DNA of 64,000 nucleotides from Lama glama (lineage: Eukaryota). The position numbers and the translations under genes were made by a program. Location of the stretch: NCBI GenBank assembly GCA_028534125.1, contig CM052816.1, positions 72,852,001 to 72,916,000 of the forward strand, in the 5' to 3' direction. Position 1 is the stretch's first letter. Each line of letters begins with the position of its first letter. The notes beneath the pieces were generated by a model. That model did no database searches, was not told the origin of the DNA, and saw nothing but the letters and a program-made list of their open reading frames with translations. Of the stretch, positions 26,551-40,600 are shown one piece after another.

Positions 26551-29500
26551 TAGTTGGTAACAAAAGCAACTGGACTGATGTCATATAGAGCAGCAGATAC
26601 CCGTGCAAGATGTTACTGAGGTATTTTTGAATCAGTGCTCATGTCGAGTGAATCAGCACTGGAGAACTGAAAGATCTATTTGTATATTCTTTGGAGTCAG
26701 TGTTAGTCTTAATGCAATGCCAGTGAAATTCACTCTAAATCGGTTTGTGGCTATGGTTGGACACAGGAATGTGAGAGTGAAATAAATAATCTTGAAAGCT
26801 TTTACAAACTAAAAGTAACCTTGACTCTGAAAATTCTAATTCCCTCATTGTATACGCATATGTGTATATGCATATTCACACACACCCCCCCAAGAACTGA
26901 CACTTAGGATTTCATAAAATCCAGATTCTCCAGATAACTTGCGTTTAATGTGTCAGGCATTGTGCTAAGTAATTTGAAATATATAACTCCACATTAGATT
27001 AAGGTAACTACAAAAATATATAATCTTTGTCACTTTCAATGTCAATTTCCCAAATGCATTAGGAGGGAAATGGAAAAACAGACATATTTTTTTAAAAGCT
27101 AAATTATTCAGAAACATTTCCATAAAATTTGGAATTAGGTAGGATCTAATCCATTATCTCATTCCCTTGGGCAAATGAGGAGCCTGAGAGATGCCTAGGC
27201 CACAGAGATCGGCAGTGACAGTGATAGACTGTCACTTTAGGCCACTGCTCTTCATACAGCAGAAGGTACACTACCTGCAGGTGGTTAACAATGTTATTAC
27301 TTCATAGCATTTCAGAAAACAAGGATTGTTCCTCTTAGATTGAATTATGAAACACATTACACACACAATTCCTTTCTCCTAGCCTGTTGTTAAATAATCT
27401 GCACTTGCTAATTCTAAGCATGCTCCACTTATGCGTGATTGTTTTGACCTATCTATTACCCGTGGAGACACTTCTCCATGGCTGCATTTACTTAGAACAG
27501 AAGAGTGAAATTACCGGTCAGAATAGGTCAGCAAAAAGATAATGAAGTGGGAAAAGTTTAGTCACTTTAAATTGCATTTCATCACCTATTGTGCAGGGTA
27601 TAGTAAGTTTATTGAAATGTTTGAATATCCTTAGAAATTTAAAGTGCCAGGCGTATTTACAAAGTTTCTCTGTACCTCATACTATATGTCACAAGGGAAA
27701 TACATTAACAACAAGTTGATGTTTTAATGACATACAGTGAGTGGTTCCTTTTGCTGGGATATGCATGTGTGCTCCAAAGAAAGAAGGTTCCAAAGAAAGA
27801 AGGTTCCAAAGATGTGTCCAAATATTTTTGATGCCAGCAAGTCAACTAATAGCCACTCACACTAAAACCATCACACTGGACATGAATGAGAACCTTAATT
27901 ACAGTCCAATACAGATTAGACTCCTTAAAGAAAGAGCATTTGAAATCTTAATTTAATTCATTGCACAATGCAGTGGTTCACTTATTAATTTAGTTCATAC
28001 TTATTTATCCTCTTATTGTAAGGACTTAAAATGAGCACCACAAAAAGTTCTTATTTTCTTGGAGTTTATAAGATATTTGTAATTGTAAAACAACCACAAA
28101 TATTTCCTGCCTCAACAAGAGACTGGAAATATTGGTACTGAAACATTTTTGTATGTGTAATATGCATGTTTGCACATGTATTGTTATGAGTTGGAGAAGG
28201 GAGAGGATACAGTATCAATGTTTGGACTCGTCCTTTCTAACAGGCTATCATTTTAAATAATATAAATGGATTAGGGTATCATTATTATCATTATAAATTT
28301 GCCAGTGAAAGAGGAACCAAAATAGTACTTCCATATCTTGTGTTCTACACGTCTTCTCCTTTTTTGTATCTGACTAGAAAGGAAGTGATCTAGATGAGAG
28401 TTGATTCCCAGTTTGTGAGACTCTTGGACCTGGTCTAGCTTGTTTTTTGGCTTCAGTGCCTTTAGAATCAGGGCATTCTGTTCCGAGTAAAGAAGGGATT
28501 TGAACTAAGTTGTTTGGTCATTCTAGACTCCAGTTTTCCGATTTCCTTTATTTTGGGTTAAATTAAACACACAGGTGTCTGTTCACATCCTTGCAGTATG
28601 TGGACACAGCTCTACCAAGATGTTGTATTGTAGATGGAGATTAATTTTCTTACTGGACGTGACTGTGATCACGTGTGATCACAGATCAGCTGTGGAAGAA
28701 CAAGAACAAGAGAATGTTACAATAAAGAATAACATTACAGGATTTCAAAATGCTAGTGCTCCAGACAGATAATCTTACATGGAAAATTTCAGGCAAGCTA
28801 AATTAGGGAAAATGATAATTCTAGAGCAAATGCATTCTGAAAGTATCATTTTGCATCTTGAGCTTTTATTGCAGAATATATTCTTGTTGGAGAGATCAAG
28901 AAAGGAAATTTAAAAACTGAATCATAACCTCTTCCCCTTAAATATGAACTTTATCCAGTAGAAGTTTGCTGTTGTCCAAAACCTTGGTTGATAAAAAGCC
29001 CTTAACTATGTAGTTGGTTAAAAATTTAAATTCGCCTCCTGTAAGTTTCTCCTAAACCGTAAAGGCAGTTTATCAGAGACGACTGGGAATAGTTGGTGTC
29101 TGATATCTCATGTATGAGAGAATTATTGAATGCGGTTGAACAAATACTAGGTCATTGCTGGTTTACCGAGCTCTTCTGAATCACTTATTGGTCAGGATTA
29201 CCATGTTTTTGTGTGAATGTAGACTTACACCTTGCAGTTTTGCAGGAGAGTATGTACTGTTTGGGGGGGAAAAAATCAACATCCCTGCCATCATTAATCT
29301 GAACATCTTCAAAGTCAAGCCCTTTTGTCACTAAAACTGTAAAAAGAAGAGAAACAGGCGATAATTGGTCTTGGCTATATTTTCAGACTGCCCTCTTGAG
29401 ATTTTTCTTAGGGACCACTGAAACGAAGAAAAAGCCAAAATATTGATACTTTTAATAACCAAAAACTGAAAAAATTCAGTAAAAATGTTTCAGCGTAATA

Positions 29501-31349
29501 CTCTGCCTAATGGAATTTAGTGTTTTTAAAGTGTCTAAGTCTGTAGGACTTTGGGAATACCAAAGAATAAACCTAATTCCCAGTGGCTTCTGAGTAAGAA
29601 GTCTATAATGATATAAGAAGGGTGAAAATGAGAGAAAAAAATGGCCCCCGGGGGATATGAAATTTCATTTCCAGCCCAGAGGATAACATTTTAGAAAGAT
29701 TATCTCGGATTTAATGTTTGGTTCTCTGCATTTGCTGCGTTCATTGGCCCACTTGTGCCTGAACTAAATGCCTGAGGGCCTGAGAGGAGCCAGGGAGAGG
29801 GAAGAGGTGGATCCCACAGGAGAGAAGTGATTATTTGGTGAAAGAGATGACCTTCAGGCGGAAGCGTTTGCCTCTGCCAGTGACTCTGAAAGAGTAGATT
29901 TGCCTTCTCTCAAAAGACCCCCATTAGTAACTCTAATGGCATCATCATCATTGCAGGGATTTGGACTAGAATTTGCTACAACATCTTTGGGGAGACAAGA
30001 TGAGGTGAACATGTCAATGAGAACCTTGGGTCTAGATCAAAGCTTCAGAAACTCTACATGTTTTGAACTGAGGAAAAGAAAATCTTTGAAGAAAAATCTA
30101 ATCATTAAAACAAATTAAAAATGATTAATATAGGTATTAAATAAATCCTGAATCACCCCCAATCCTGTGATTATCATGTTCTGGACATGCACTAGCACTG
30201 TATCACATTACCTTGTGTTATTTTTCTACAGCAGCTGTCATTATTCGAGTCATCTTACTCATTTAAGGTTTTCCATATCCTTCACTAGCATGTTAGTTCC
30301 ATGAGAATAAGGAACTTGTCTTATACCTGCAATACCTAGAGTGGGATCTGGCAGGCATTAGACTGTAATACAAATTTCTTGGATGGATGAATGAAGTAAT
30401 TTCCGAGCTGAGCTGTAAAAACTGTTCAGTAGTGTGCTGAGCCAAGAAAAAGTTGGGATGGAGATAGCTAATTCAAGGAAAGGATGGCTTGTTTTAGAGA
30501 AGGAAATTATGTGGAACCACTTCTGTTCTTTCACCTCAGGAAACCCATTCCTGATGGTCTGAAATCAATCCAGCTCATTCCAGAGGGAAGTATGACCCTA
30601 AACGTAGGCTTAGAAATTGATTTTAAAGAAGCATTTTCCCTTCTGCTATGGAATAGAAATTTCTGGAAGTTCTGCTCATAATTTAATATACTTAAAGTTG
30701 ACCTCACTTTTTTTTCAACTTTAAATGGACCCATCACTCTTATGGGGCACAGGAAGGAGGGAGGAACACTTGGAAGAGATATAGGAGTCTCTGGTCCATA
30801 TCTCCAAACTAATGACTGTGACATCAGAGTTAGCAGTTTGATTTGAAAGTCTCTTCTCTTCTGTGAAGAAAAACTGCCATATGGCCGACATTGTGGTCTT
30901 TCCACTTACACAACAATTTAATATGCCGGGTTCATGATGAAATACCAGCTCCCGGCTGGGAAGTTAAAGCAGCATTCAGCTCTGCTCAGCAAGAAGGTTT
31001 CAGTGTGATATATTCTGTAAACTGGAGTCTGCATTAGCCAAGGGAAGGGACTGGCATCGTTAGGAAACACAGTTGGACTTGATAAAACAAGCGTTTCAGT
31101 GCACAGATGGTAAGTCTCTTTGGAGCTATGCTTTGGATCACTTTGCCCCTACTTAGCTATCTACTAAATATATTTTTGTTTCATTTCCTTTTCATTTTTA
31201 TCTTTACAACAATTTATATGAATGCAGTCTTCTACCTCTAAGATATTTCAAAAATGTTTGTTGGGAAAGAAAGGGCCTCTAGTGTATTAAAATATTCTCT
31301 TTTCTTTATAAGTGCCATTTTAATCGGCCCCTCAGAATATCTGTCAAGG

Positions 31350-31530
31350 TGGCATAGTGGAACAGGAATGACCTCATACAGACAGAAAATCAAGTGTTGG
31401 CCCTATTACCAATGAGTTATTTAGCCTTAAGTAGGTTAATTCAGTTCTCTTAGCTGAGCACAGCAGTCTGTAAAATCAGGATGATAATGCTCACTTTGTA
31501 GGGCAGTTGCAAGGAATAAATGATTATGTA
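31350..31530 (+). mobile_element. MIR SINE
   Basis: tggcatagtggaa...ctgtaaaatcaggatgataatgctcactttgtagggcagttgcaaggaataaatga. Confidence 0.65.
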
Positions 31531-32269
31531 TTATATATGTGTCTGTGAGTGTCTGTATAAAATGCCACAGCTCTATCAGCATATGCACATGTGTCTCCAT
31601 ATCCATTCAGTTAAAGATTTGTCCTAAGGTGGTGTGCTTGCAGTGACTGAGCCTCTCTTTAAATGGCTTTCCAAGCTCCCAAGGTCTGGGAGATTTCTGA
31701 AACATTTCATTTTCCAGTGAAATTCTTTAGCTAGATTTCATGGTTCAAGGTGATAGCTAGTAATGTTTGCACACATGGCACAAACCAGCCATTCCTCTTC
31801 TTCATTTCTCTACTTTGAACTAATTCTTCAAAATATTTACTCCTCCAACAAGCCTGCTGTGAACCTCTAGACTGATCCATGGATTCCTCCTCTCTTTTTA
31901 TAATATTCTTAGCTTATTCCCATCTTTTTATTGAGTATATTACAATTAAATCATCCGTGCTTGCCTACTGGACTAGACTTTTATAAAATTTTGTAGCTCT
32001 GTTCCCTCCCCCTGGGTTTTGTAGGTCTTCGATAAAGTGTGTCGGAATAACCATCCATACACAGATACATGCGTACATAGACACAAGCATATTTTGCTTC
32101 CCATTCATCATTTGCTTCCCCATTCTATATCAATATCTTCCTAACTGATTTATAGGCATAAAATTATTTGCCACCTATTATTACTACTAGTCATTTAAGT
32201 TAAATATTGATTGTGTTATAAATGATATAACTGATAATGTTATCAGCAGTTTATGCTGTGACTAATACT

Positions 32270-33095
32270 CATTTGTTCCACAAGCTTTCTGGAGACTCTG
32301 TATGCCAGTCACTGTGTCTTCAGTATGTCTTCAAGAAAGTAAACATGTAACAGGAAGTCAAACAACTATGCAGACTAGCACAATTCAATGCATCACAATT
32401 CAATAAAATCACAACTTAAGATGGAGGAATCTGCCCAAAAAGCATCCTCTCTGGAGGAGGTGACACCTAAATTGAGTCCCACAGTCTGAGTAGGAGGTAG
32501 CAGATTGAGGGGATGTTTGTGGAATGAGCATTCCGGATGGAAGGAGCAGCAAGTGTAAAAGCAGCGGGTGGAGAGAAGATGGCGGTTTGAGGAAATGAGC
32601 ATAGAGTATCCATAACGTTTGGGATGTAAGGTGGGAGGCAGGCAGCAGCAGCAGGTGAGTGACTGTGGATCTATGTGTTTGCAAGAAATTAGGATTTCAT
32701 CCTACAGGTAATGGGCAAGAATTGGAGGCTTTTAAAATGAGGAATGGAATGATCAAATTTGCTTGTTCAGGAATAACTATTCCATAGAGAGAGGCATTGC
32801 ACAAGTACACAGACAGTTAAGAAGGTCTTAAAATAACCTAGAAGAGAAGTTATGAGGATTTAAATTAATTCTCAGGAAAGGATTAGAAAAGATACTAAGG
32901 AAAAAGAATCAGTGGAATTTACAGTCCTGCTTCTTATGGAGAGTAAGAGAAAGGGAGGCACCCCAAACAATAGCATGTTTTTGGTTTGGATAACCGGGTA
33001 AACATGAGGCCATTTACCATGGTAGTGAATATATTTAAAGCAAGTTGGCAAGGTTAGCAGTGGGAGGAAATAAGCAGTAAGTTGGGTGTTGGGCT
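32270..33095 (-). mobile_element. L2 LINE fragment (~0.8 kb)
   Basis: tctggaggaggtgacacctaaattgagt...cagcaagtgtaaaagc...tttcatcctacaggtaatggg...ggaggcttttaa...atgatcaaatttgc. Confidence 0.75.
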
Positions 33096-35865
33096 TGCTA
33101 GACTACACATTCTAAGAATGCATCATTTTGACAGTATTATCACCAACAATTGCCACATTTGCAGTTATTTAATACCTGTGTTTATCCAGTATCTGTTGGT
33201 TGAATTGATGAGTGAGTGCCTGTGAACCAAGCAGCTTGTAAACGTCCAGGAGGATCAGTAGTCTGTTTGCAGTACCAGGGGCCTGCAGGCATGTAATGAA
33301 GATAGAGATGACTCTGGTTCACAGTAAATTAGCAAAATTAATTCCCTTCTGAAAGCTGCCACTGACCTGAGAGCAGAAAAGATGATCACTAGCCTCATAA
33401 ACATGGGGAATTCTCACAAAATTGTAAGAGTGTGTCTCCCCTCCTATCGTAATCTGTTGTAACATACTGAGTCCTCTCCCCACTTAGTCTGCTACTCTCC
33501 AGCCCTTCTGAACCAGAGCCCAGACAGACTCAAGCGCTATGGTCTTAAGTCATATATCACAAGCAATGAATTAACTTAGCATTTAACATGTCTAGGATGG
33601 TACTACTCACATACCGTCCTTGTGAGAATTCATTAAATAGTGACTGAAATGATTGTCTGTTGTATGGTTTCAATTAGGAGCCCTGGCTGAGAACGTCCCT
33701 CCTCCTCCCCCTAATATTAGAACAGCCTACTTGCTATTAAACAGTATGCTGAGTTATCAACAGGGAAAGCAAAAGAAGTGATGCTCCTGTCATTAGAGGT
33801 ACAATTCAGTTTCCTTTCTACCTCTCACAAGTTTCTGGATCCATGATTCTAACCCTATGTTTTTTCTGTAACTATTCTATACATTACTAGATGTTTCTGT
33901 TCTCGAAAGGGCCAGGTCTATACCTGAGCTTCACAGCACCCGGAATTTTTATGTAAAATTCTTAAGATACATAAATCTTGCGTAGGAGAGAGGGAACAGA
34001 GCTTCCTATCTAGTTATGCTCTCTAATACTCTAATTGTCAGTTAGGCTATAAAAACAAACACTCTTGATAGAATGCCTCCAGCTGTCTCTGCTGAGGAAA
34101 AGACAATTTATCCCTGCAATGGAAAGATACACACCATCATTAAACCTTTATGTAGGAGAACAAAGGAAGCCGAGTCGTACCAGACCTTAGGGAAAGCTAT
34201 TCAGCACGAAGGGCTTTGGTAATGAGAACAAGAGTAAAGACAAACCTCTGACCCTAAAGCCGATTTACCCGGCACTGTACACTTTATATTTTGAAACTTT
34301 AAAGTTAGACTAACTCAGTAGCCTGGGGGCTCAGGAGAAACATATGAGCTCAGGATAAAAATAACAATTAGTAGTTATTCATGTCATTTTCATGTATCGT
34401 AATGGAAAGCCACTTTTTATAGCTGTCTCCCAGGGGATGAGCTCTGCAAGATTTTCCACCGGTCTGTGATGAAATAAGTAATATGAGAACAATGGAGCGA
34501 CTTATTCTTAGAGATGAGTTTATTTAACTGTCCTGCCCTTTGTCCTGTGTTTATTTTTTATTTTGGAATTACTCTTGCTATTTCTATGTTAAAATATCTT
34601 TTTCTTTTATGCCCTGATGATGATGGTGGATGATTGTTTTCCTAATTTTTTTCTTATCTTTTTATTTGTGTCCAAACCAAGGGGAAAAATAGAATTGATT
34701 ATTTCTTGCTCCTAATTAAACAGTTTTTGATATTATTGGTTCATCGTACCTAAGTATATCATAACTACTTCATTTGTGAAATGATTCATTCTTTCTTCAG
34801 CAAATACGTTTTGAACGACTGCAAAGTGTCAGTTGTTGTTGTCAGTAATGGCAGTACAGTAGAGAGGAAGAGAAACAATAGCCTGCCTTCCTGCAGCCTT
34901 CGTTCTCACTGAGACAGACAGACAATCAAATGGAAATAAATCAGTAAGATGATTCAAGATAGTTAAAGACGCATTGAAAACAAACAAACAAACAAAAACC
35001 AGTTTCTGGATGAGGGTCTTCCATGGCCAGGTATTGCACCAGCACTGCACCTTTTTTAACCGGGCTAACACGCATTACTACTCACCCACCTACTCCATGG
35101 AGTCAGTCCTTGCGTGTATGCGTGTTGCTGGGGCTGTTGCTCATGACACTACGTGACAGTGCCACGTGACACATACTGGACATATTTTATTCATTTCTCT
35201 TTACACCCCCCCCCCAAAAAAACTTTCTGCTTTTGTATCAGAGAAAATGCTGGAAGATTTAAGTAGGCATCCCAGCACTAAAGGAACACTGTCATATGTG
35301 GCTCTAAGCATTTCCCTAACCATATGATGTCGCTCATCAAAGAAAAGGCCTTCCCTCCAGGCTCTGTTGGCATACGTTCAAATGCTTTTTGGTCCCCACA
35401 CACCGTCAGAAAGCCCCAACTTAATCGAACTTTTTCTGTCAGAAACAATCTGCACATTGGTTACTATTTATTAACACTAATATACAATTTATTTTCCTTT
35501 TCCTCGTTTCTTTCTGTATCTGTATGTCATGGACTCTTTAGCTGATCTTTTTTTATTCTGTTTAATTAAACTAGGAAACCAACTGGAGTTACCTGAGACT
35601 GTAATGGGACAGGAAAATAGATGGAGATTTCAAAAAGCATTTTTAATGTGTTTAAATAGCTTTCTCTCTTTAACAAAGTGATTAGCTTTCAGTTTACAGT
35701 GCTGCAAGATAATCCAAAGAAGACTGCTTAATTAAGGCAAATGTCTCAAAGAGTTTAATCATAAATGCTTCAATATCTAAAACATAATTTTAAGCTTCTG
35801 TTGTTAAGTTGATACAAAAGTACAGAGACACAAAGCAATAGCATGTTTGCCTCCTTGGAATTTTA

Positions 35866-36088
35866 GAGCAGGGTTTATGAAGTTGTGACACTAAAAGTAT
35901 GCCCTCATTAACACTACTGTCAGTCCATCAGTAAAGGTGCTTCTAGTGTGAGGGGTTTGCTACTGGCAGCTGATAGACAGAGACCATAGATGCAGGGGGA
36001 CATTTTATAACACACAGGTCAGCTCCAGATGCCAAAAAAATCATCCAGCCCCAGATGCCAACAGGGATAGAGAAACTCTGGTCTAGAG
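35866..36088. mobile_element. MER20-like DNA transposon
   Basis: tgctactggcagctgatagacagagacca...atccagccccagatgccaacag...gagaaactctggtctaga. Confidence 0.55.
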
Positions 36089-36639
36089 AGTCTCATTCAG
36101 CTTGATATTATTGGAACACAAGTCCAATACTTAATACATTAAGTCCAATAATAAGAATTATCTTTCTTGCATTTGTTTTGTTTTTCTCCTGAGGTTCTTT
36201 CAGCAATTCTTTCATTCTCACGTGACCTCTGAATTTTCAGCTGTCATCCATCCTTCCGTTTAGGGATTTCAGCTAATGATGATGATGATGCAAAAAATAC
36301 TAAATAAAGATATACCTCTGTGAGTCAATTTTCCAGGTCTATGGTGTTTTAGTTATATTTTGCTGGTGTTCAACAAAATAAAATCCCTTTTTGTTTTCAA
36401 TTGCTATTCCTTAAAAATAGGTTACTATCCCTTTCTGAAGCAAATGAGCATACTTTTCTTGTGCTGGGACAGTATTATAATGGATTGCATAGCTTTCATC
36501 TTACAAAACTTATTTTTAATTATTTTAAGTGTTACAGGTTCTCGGGGACATTTCTGTTTAGGCTCCCCTGGGAAGGAGAGAGAGTTGTGACATGATGTGG
36601 AAATCACCTCTCCACAAAATGTCTTCCTGTTTAGAAATT

Positions 36640-37020
36640 TGAACACTGACTGAATATTTGATAATATTAAGTTATTCTTGTTAATTTTTACATGTGATAA
36701 TTATGGTGATTTTATTGTAGGATTATTTATATATTAGTAATGCATACAGAAATTTTACAGTAGAATTAATATATTTGCAATTTCCTTCAAAATAATAAAG
36801 GAGGGGGAATATGTGAGGTGGCAGTGAAACAAGTTTAGCTGTGAGTCAGTAATTGTTTAAGCTGGGTGATGAATACATAGGATTTATTTTACTGTTATTA
36901 TTTACACTATTATACAAGTTTATTAGACTATGATTTATACTGTCATACTAGTATTTAATAGTATAGTGTTATACTGTTCTTTTTTTTGTATATTTTAAAT
37001 ATTCCATAATAAGAACCTTA
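36640..37020 (+). mobile_element. L1ME-type 3'UTR fragment
   Basis: tttgaacactgactgaatatttgataatattaag...gctgggtgatgaatacatagg...aaatattccataataa. Confidence 0.7.
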
Positions 37021-37489
37021 ACAATCAAAATAATAAGAAAAAATTAGCCCTTTTTGTAACATTTATCTTTTTAGATGTGTTCCCCTTGCCCCACCCTTCT
37101 CCACAAACTTGAGAAGAAAACACTGGTTGACTGAGTACCTGGATGAGTGAAGCTTCTGTTGGATATGATTTGAAAAGAATGAAATCACCTCTCAGTTAAG
37201 CTTAGAAAGCTTTCCTCCACGATGAGAGCCAGGCCATCTCTGGTGGGAGGGTTTCCTGTGGTCTATTTATCAAACTGGCCAAGTAGGAATTTCTTAAAAT
37301 GTGGTTTGGATAAACTGTTGGACATTTGACCCAATTCTTCAGTTCGCTCTGCTAGAAATCATAAGCCAAAACCTAGTTCATACATCTTTAGCCCACTGAT
37401 TACTGCTCCTTCCAGATTTTTTTATATGACTAAGTTAAAATAGAATAAAAGTCATCTGTGTAGAAGGGGAAAAAAAAGTCTATTTAACC

Positions 37490-37690
37490 TAGGGGCTGAC
37501 AAACTTTCTGTAAAGAGCCAAATAGTAAATATTTTAGGCTTTGTGGGCCACATGTGGTCTCTGTCACATATTTATCTTTTTATTTATTTATTGTTTTACA
37601 AACTTTTAAAAATGTGAAAACTGTTCTTAACTCAGTACAAAAAGTAGCAAAAAATATGATGGTTGAATTTGCCTATAGGACTCTTGATAT
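37490..37690. mobile_element. MER58-like (hAT) DNA transposon
   Basis: aggggctgacaaactttctgtaaagagccaaatagtaaatattttaggctttgtgggccac is a MER58 5' terminus. Confidence 0.8.
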
Positions 37691-40600
37691 AAATAACCTC
37701 TCATTTCAAACCTAGCCTATCTTCCAATTTAACTCATTCTGAATAATATAAGAAAAATAAGTCACTGAAATATATTTTACTTATTATCCCTTTAATGCAT
37801 TTTTCTTCTATCAACTAATACATGCTACTAACTAAACCAGCTAGTTACTGATGTGGATTATTTTTTTTTTCATCAATATACTTGACCTTACACACAAACT
37901 TGGATGCAGAACTTCAGCGTCATTTCTATGATTGCAATTATTACCTTAACTTCACTCACTTGTTGTCAAATAGAGTGATGCTTCTTGGAGTGAGAAAAGA
38001 TCAGCAGATAGTTCCCTTTGTTAGGATTAATTTGTGAATGTGCCTGTTCTTTTGGTGGGGAGATGTTGGTAAGAGTGCTTTCTTGCCTAATACATTTTTG
38101 CTGTTCTCTTGCACAACAAGAGATTCCCAGCGGACCTCTCTACTGATGCTTTGGATTACTCAGAAGTAGAAAATGCAACCTCCATGGGTAGGATGTTAAT
38201 TTGCAACTCACTTCAAGGCCTCTCTATGACTACTCATGTCATGGACTTGAAGGACGCACTGTAGTCTCTCAAGAGAGGGAGAGACAAGAGAAGGCAGAGG
38301 CTTCTAACAAGACGGATGACAGTAAATATTTAGAGGAGGTGGGAGACGGAGACGTGTGTGAGACAGGCACTTTGGAGCTGAAGGGCACAGAGAAGTGCAG
38401 GTTAGCTGAGATGACAGAGTCTATTGTGAGCGAGCACATGAAAAAAGGAAGCACAGCAAACCAGGTCAAGACCGTCAGAGGCCTCCCGACTTTGTGGCAG
38501 GTGAGAGTGCTGCTTGGGAAGCCCCAGGGAGGCCAGTGGACTTTTAAGAGCCACATTAAGGCTACACCTTTCCCATAACTTAAGACTGTTCTGGCTGTTC
38601 ATTCCTTACTTTCTGAATCCCCATGAGAAGTTATCATTTGGCCTGTTAATCCAATCCAATGTAAAGCATCCCCATCAGGAAGAGTTTTCCAGCCAGGCCA
38701 TCCCATGAGCTGCCGACCAGTTACAGACGACCATCTTTGGGACAGGCATCACTACTGGAACCAGTTATCACAAATATGCAGAGTCATGTGATAAAAGCTT
38801 TCCAGCTTGTACACATACAAAAATACTGCTTCTAAGCAATTTTATAGAAAGGAGCTACTGGCTTAATGTCAGGAAGATTCTTGTGAAATGAGGTTTTCCT
38901 CTGGATGCCAAAGTTTTGCTTGATTTTTCTCTGGTTCCAAAGTTTTAGTTGATTTTTTTCAAAAACAGCCTTTCATCTTATCTTCACTCACAGGACAGAT
39001 ACCGTTTAGTGGTTTTCCTTTACATCTGGGTTCAAAATTGCGGATGCTTCATCATCTTTCAAGTTCTTTTGAAGCTTCCTTTCACGAGGATTCTTAGAAG
39101 AGATCATTTCTGGGCACATTAGCTTTATTTCAGGCAAATTCCCATCACCTCATACCCAAAATTATTATCAAAACTTCTTTACAGATCTTTTTATAACTGT
39201 AAAAAATCTCCCTTTTAGTTTATTTTATAAGCCAACTATAAATTAATATTCTTGTGTCATAAAACAAAAGGTTTGAAAGAGAATACATTTGCTTTTAAGA
39301 GAAAGAGAGAGATGGAGCACTTTTCCTGTATATGGCAAGACTCTGGAGAGCTAGAACTCCCTACTCTATTTCATATAATCTCCTTTCCTAAGACAGTACT
39401 TTACGCACAGATTCCTTCCTTAAGAACCTCGCAGATCAAGACCCAGCTTCTTGCCACTGGAGGACTATTCTCTGTGCCTTATCAAATTCCTGTGATCCTG
39501 TGAGGCTGCTGGTTTTACATTTCCATGAAAACCTCCTTACAGACTCTTCTCTGAACCTGTGCGCATGATTATTTCATTCTAATGTCCTTCGTCCCCCCTC
39601 CCCTTCCTTTCTCCCTGTCCTCTCCATCCTCATGGCCTAAACAGTTTAATTTCTGCTCCTGGTTCAGAGCCTAAGGCCTTTCATGCCACCTGAGGTGTGC
39701 AGAACTATACGATGACAAATGATGTAGTATCTGTATTTTTAGAGTTTTATAAACTTTAAAGTCACTAGCAGAAAATGCAGCTTGGAAATCATTCTCAAGC
39801 TTTTGTTACATTTTGTGCTTGAATTTCTAGTTAACGATAAGCTCTTTGAGGCAGGATCAGTGTCTTTCATTTCTTTCATATTTCCCATAGTTTCCTGCAA
39901 CGTGCCGGTACAAGGAAATCATTCGTTGATTTGAATTCATGCTGTCCCTTAATTTCCATTTCTTTTCACCACCTTTTCCCAACTTATCTTAAACAAGGAA
40001 CCCTGTTTTTGCTTTAGTGCTCACAGCTACAAGAATTCATTTCCCAAAAAAACTGCATGATTGGTGTGACCTAAGAACTTGGTAGAAATGCAGTCTCAGG
40101 GCCCACTTCAGATTTATCAAATCCTAATCTGCTTTTCAGCAAGACATTAATATGTATAAAGTGACTATTATGCAAATTAAAATGTGGGGAACACTGCACT
40201 TAAGAATCTAGTCTGAATCAGCTGACCGTTGATTTTTTTACATTAAATAAATCAAGAAAATGTGTATTTAAATCTTATTTTATCATTCGTATGTACATGT
40301 GTGTTGTGTGTGAAAAAGAGAAGCTAGAGAAGATAAGTTCTCTTTAACTAGGGGAAATATTGGAGACAGACAACTTTTTTGCTGCAGTAGACTCACTTCA
40401 TAAATATCTAGTGAATATATTCTCTATTTAGACTACTTTTTCTGCTGTACTTTTTTTTTTTCATTTTTGTTTTAAACCACATAGGAAAACAGAGCTGTCA
40501 AGATACCGCTTCAGAAAACACATGGGGTATCTAAGAGCTGAAGTCATTTGATGAATCTTTTAAAAGCTGGCTGCTTTTTAAAGGCATTTATAATTCAAGG

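Noticed and set aside
32694..32714. ttcatcctacag|gtaatg as a recursive splice site in the long intron
   Set aside because: It lies within an L2 remnant where this motif is consensus-like, and the pyrimidine tract is weak.
36106..36153. 10-bp stem hairpin (tattattgga...tccaataata), and the 17-bp palindrome at 43261-43277
   Set aside because: Too short and AT-rich for a pre-miRNA or structured RNA, and plausible by chance.
38201..38708. Cluster of overlapping ORFs on both strands
   Set aside because: Purine-rich intronic sequence with no homology I recognise and no supporting splice structure.
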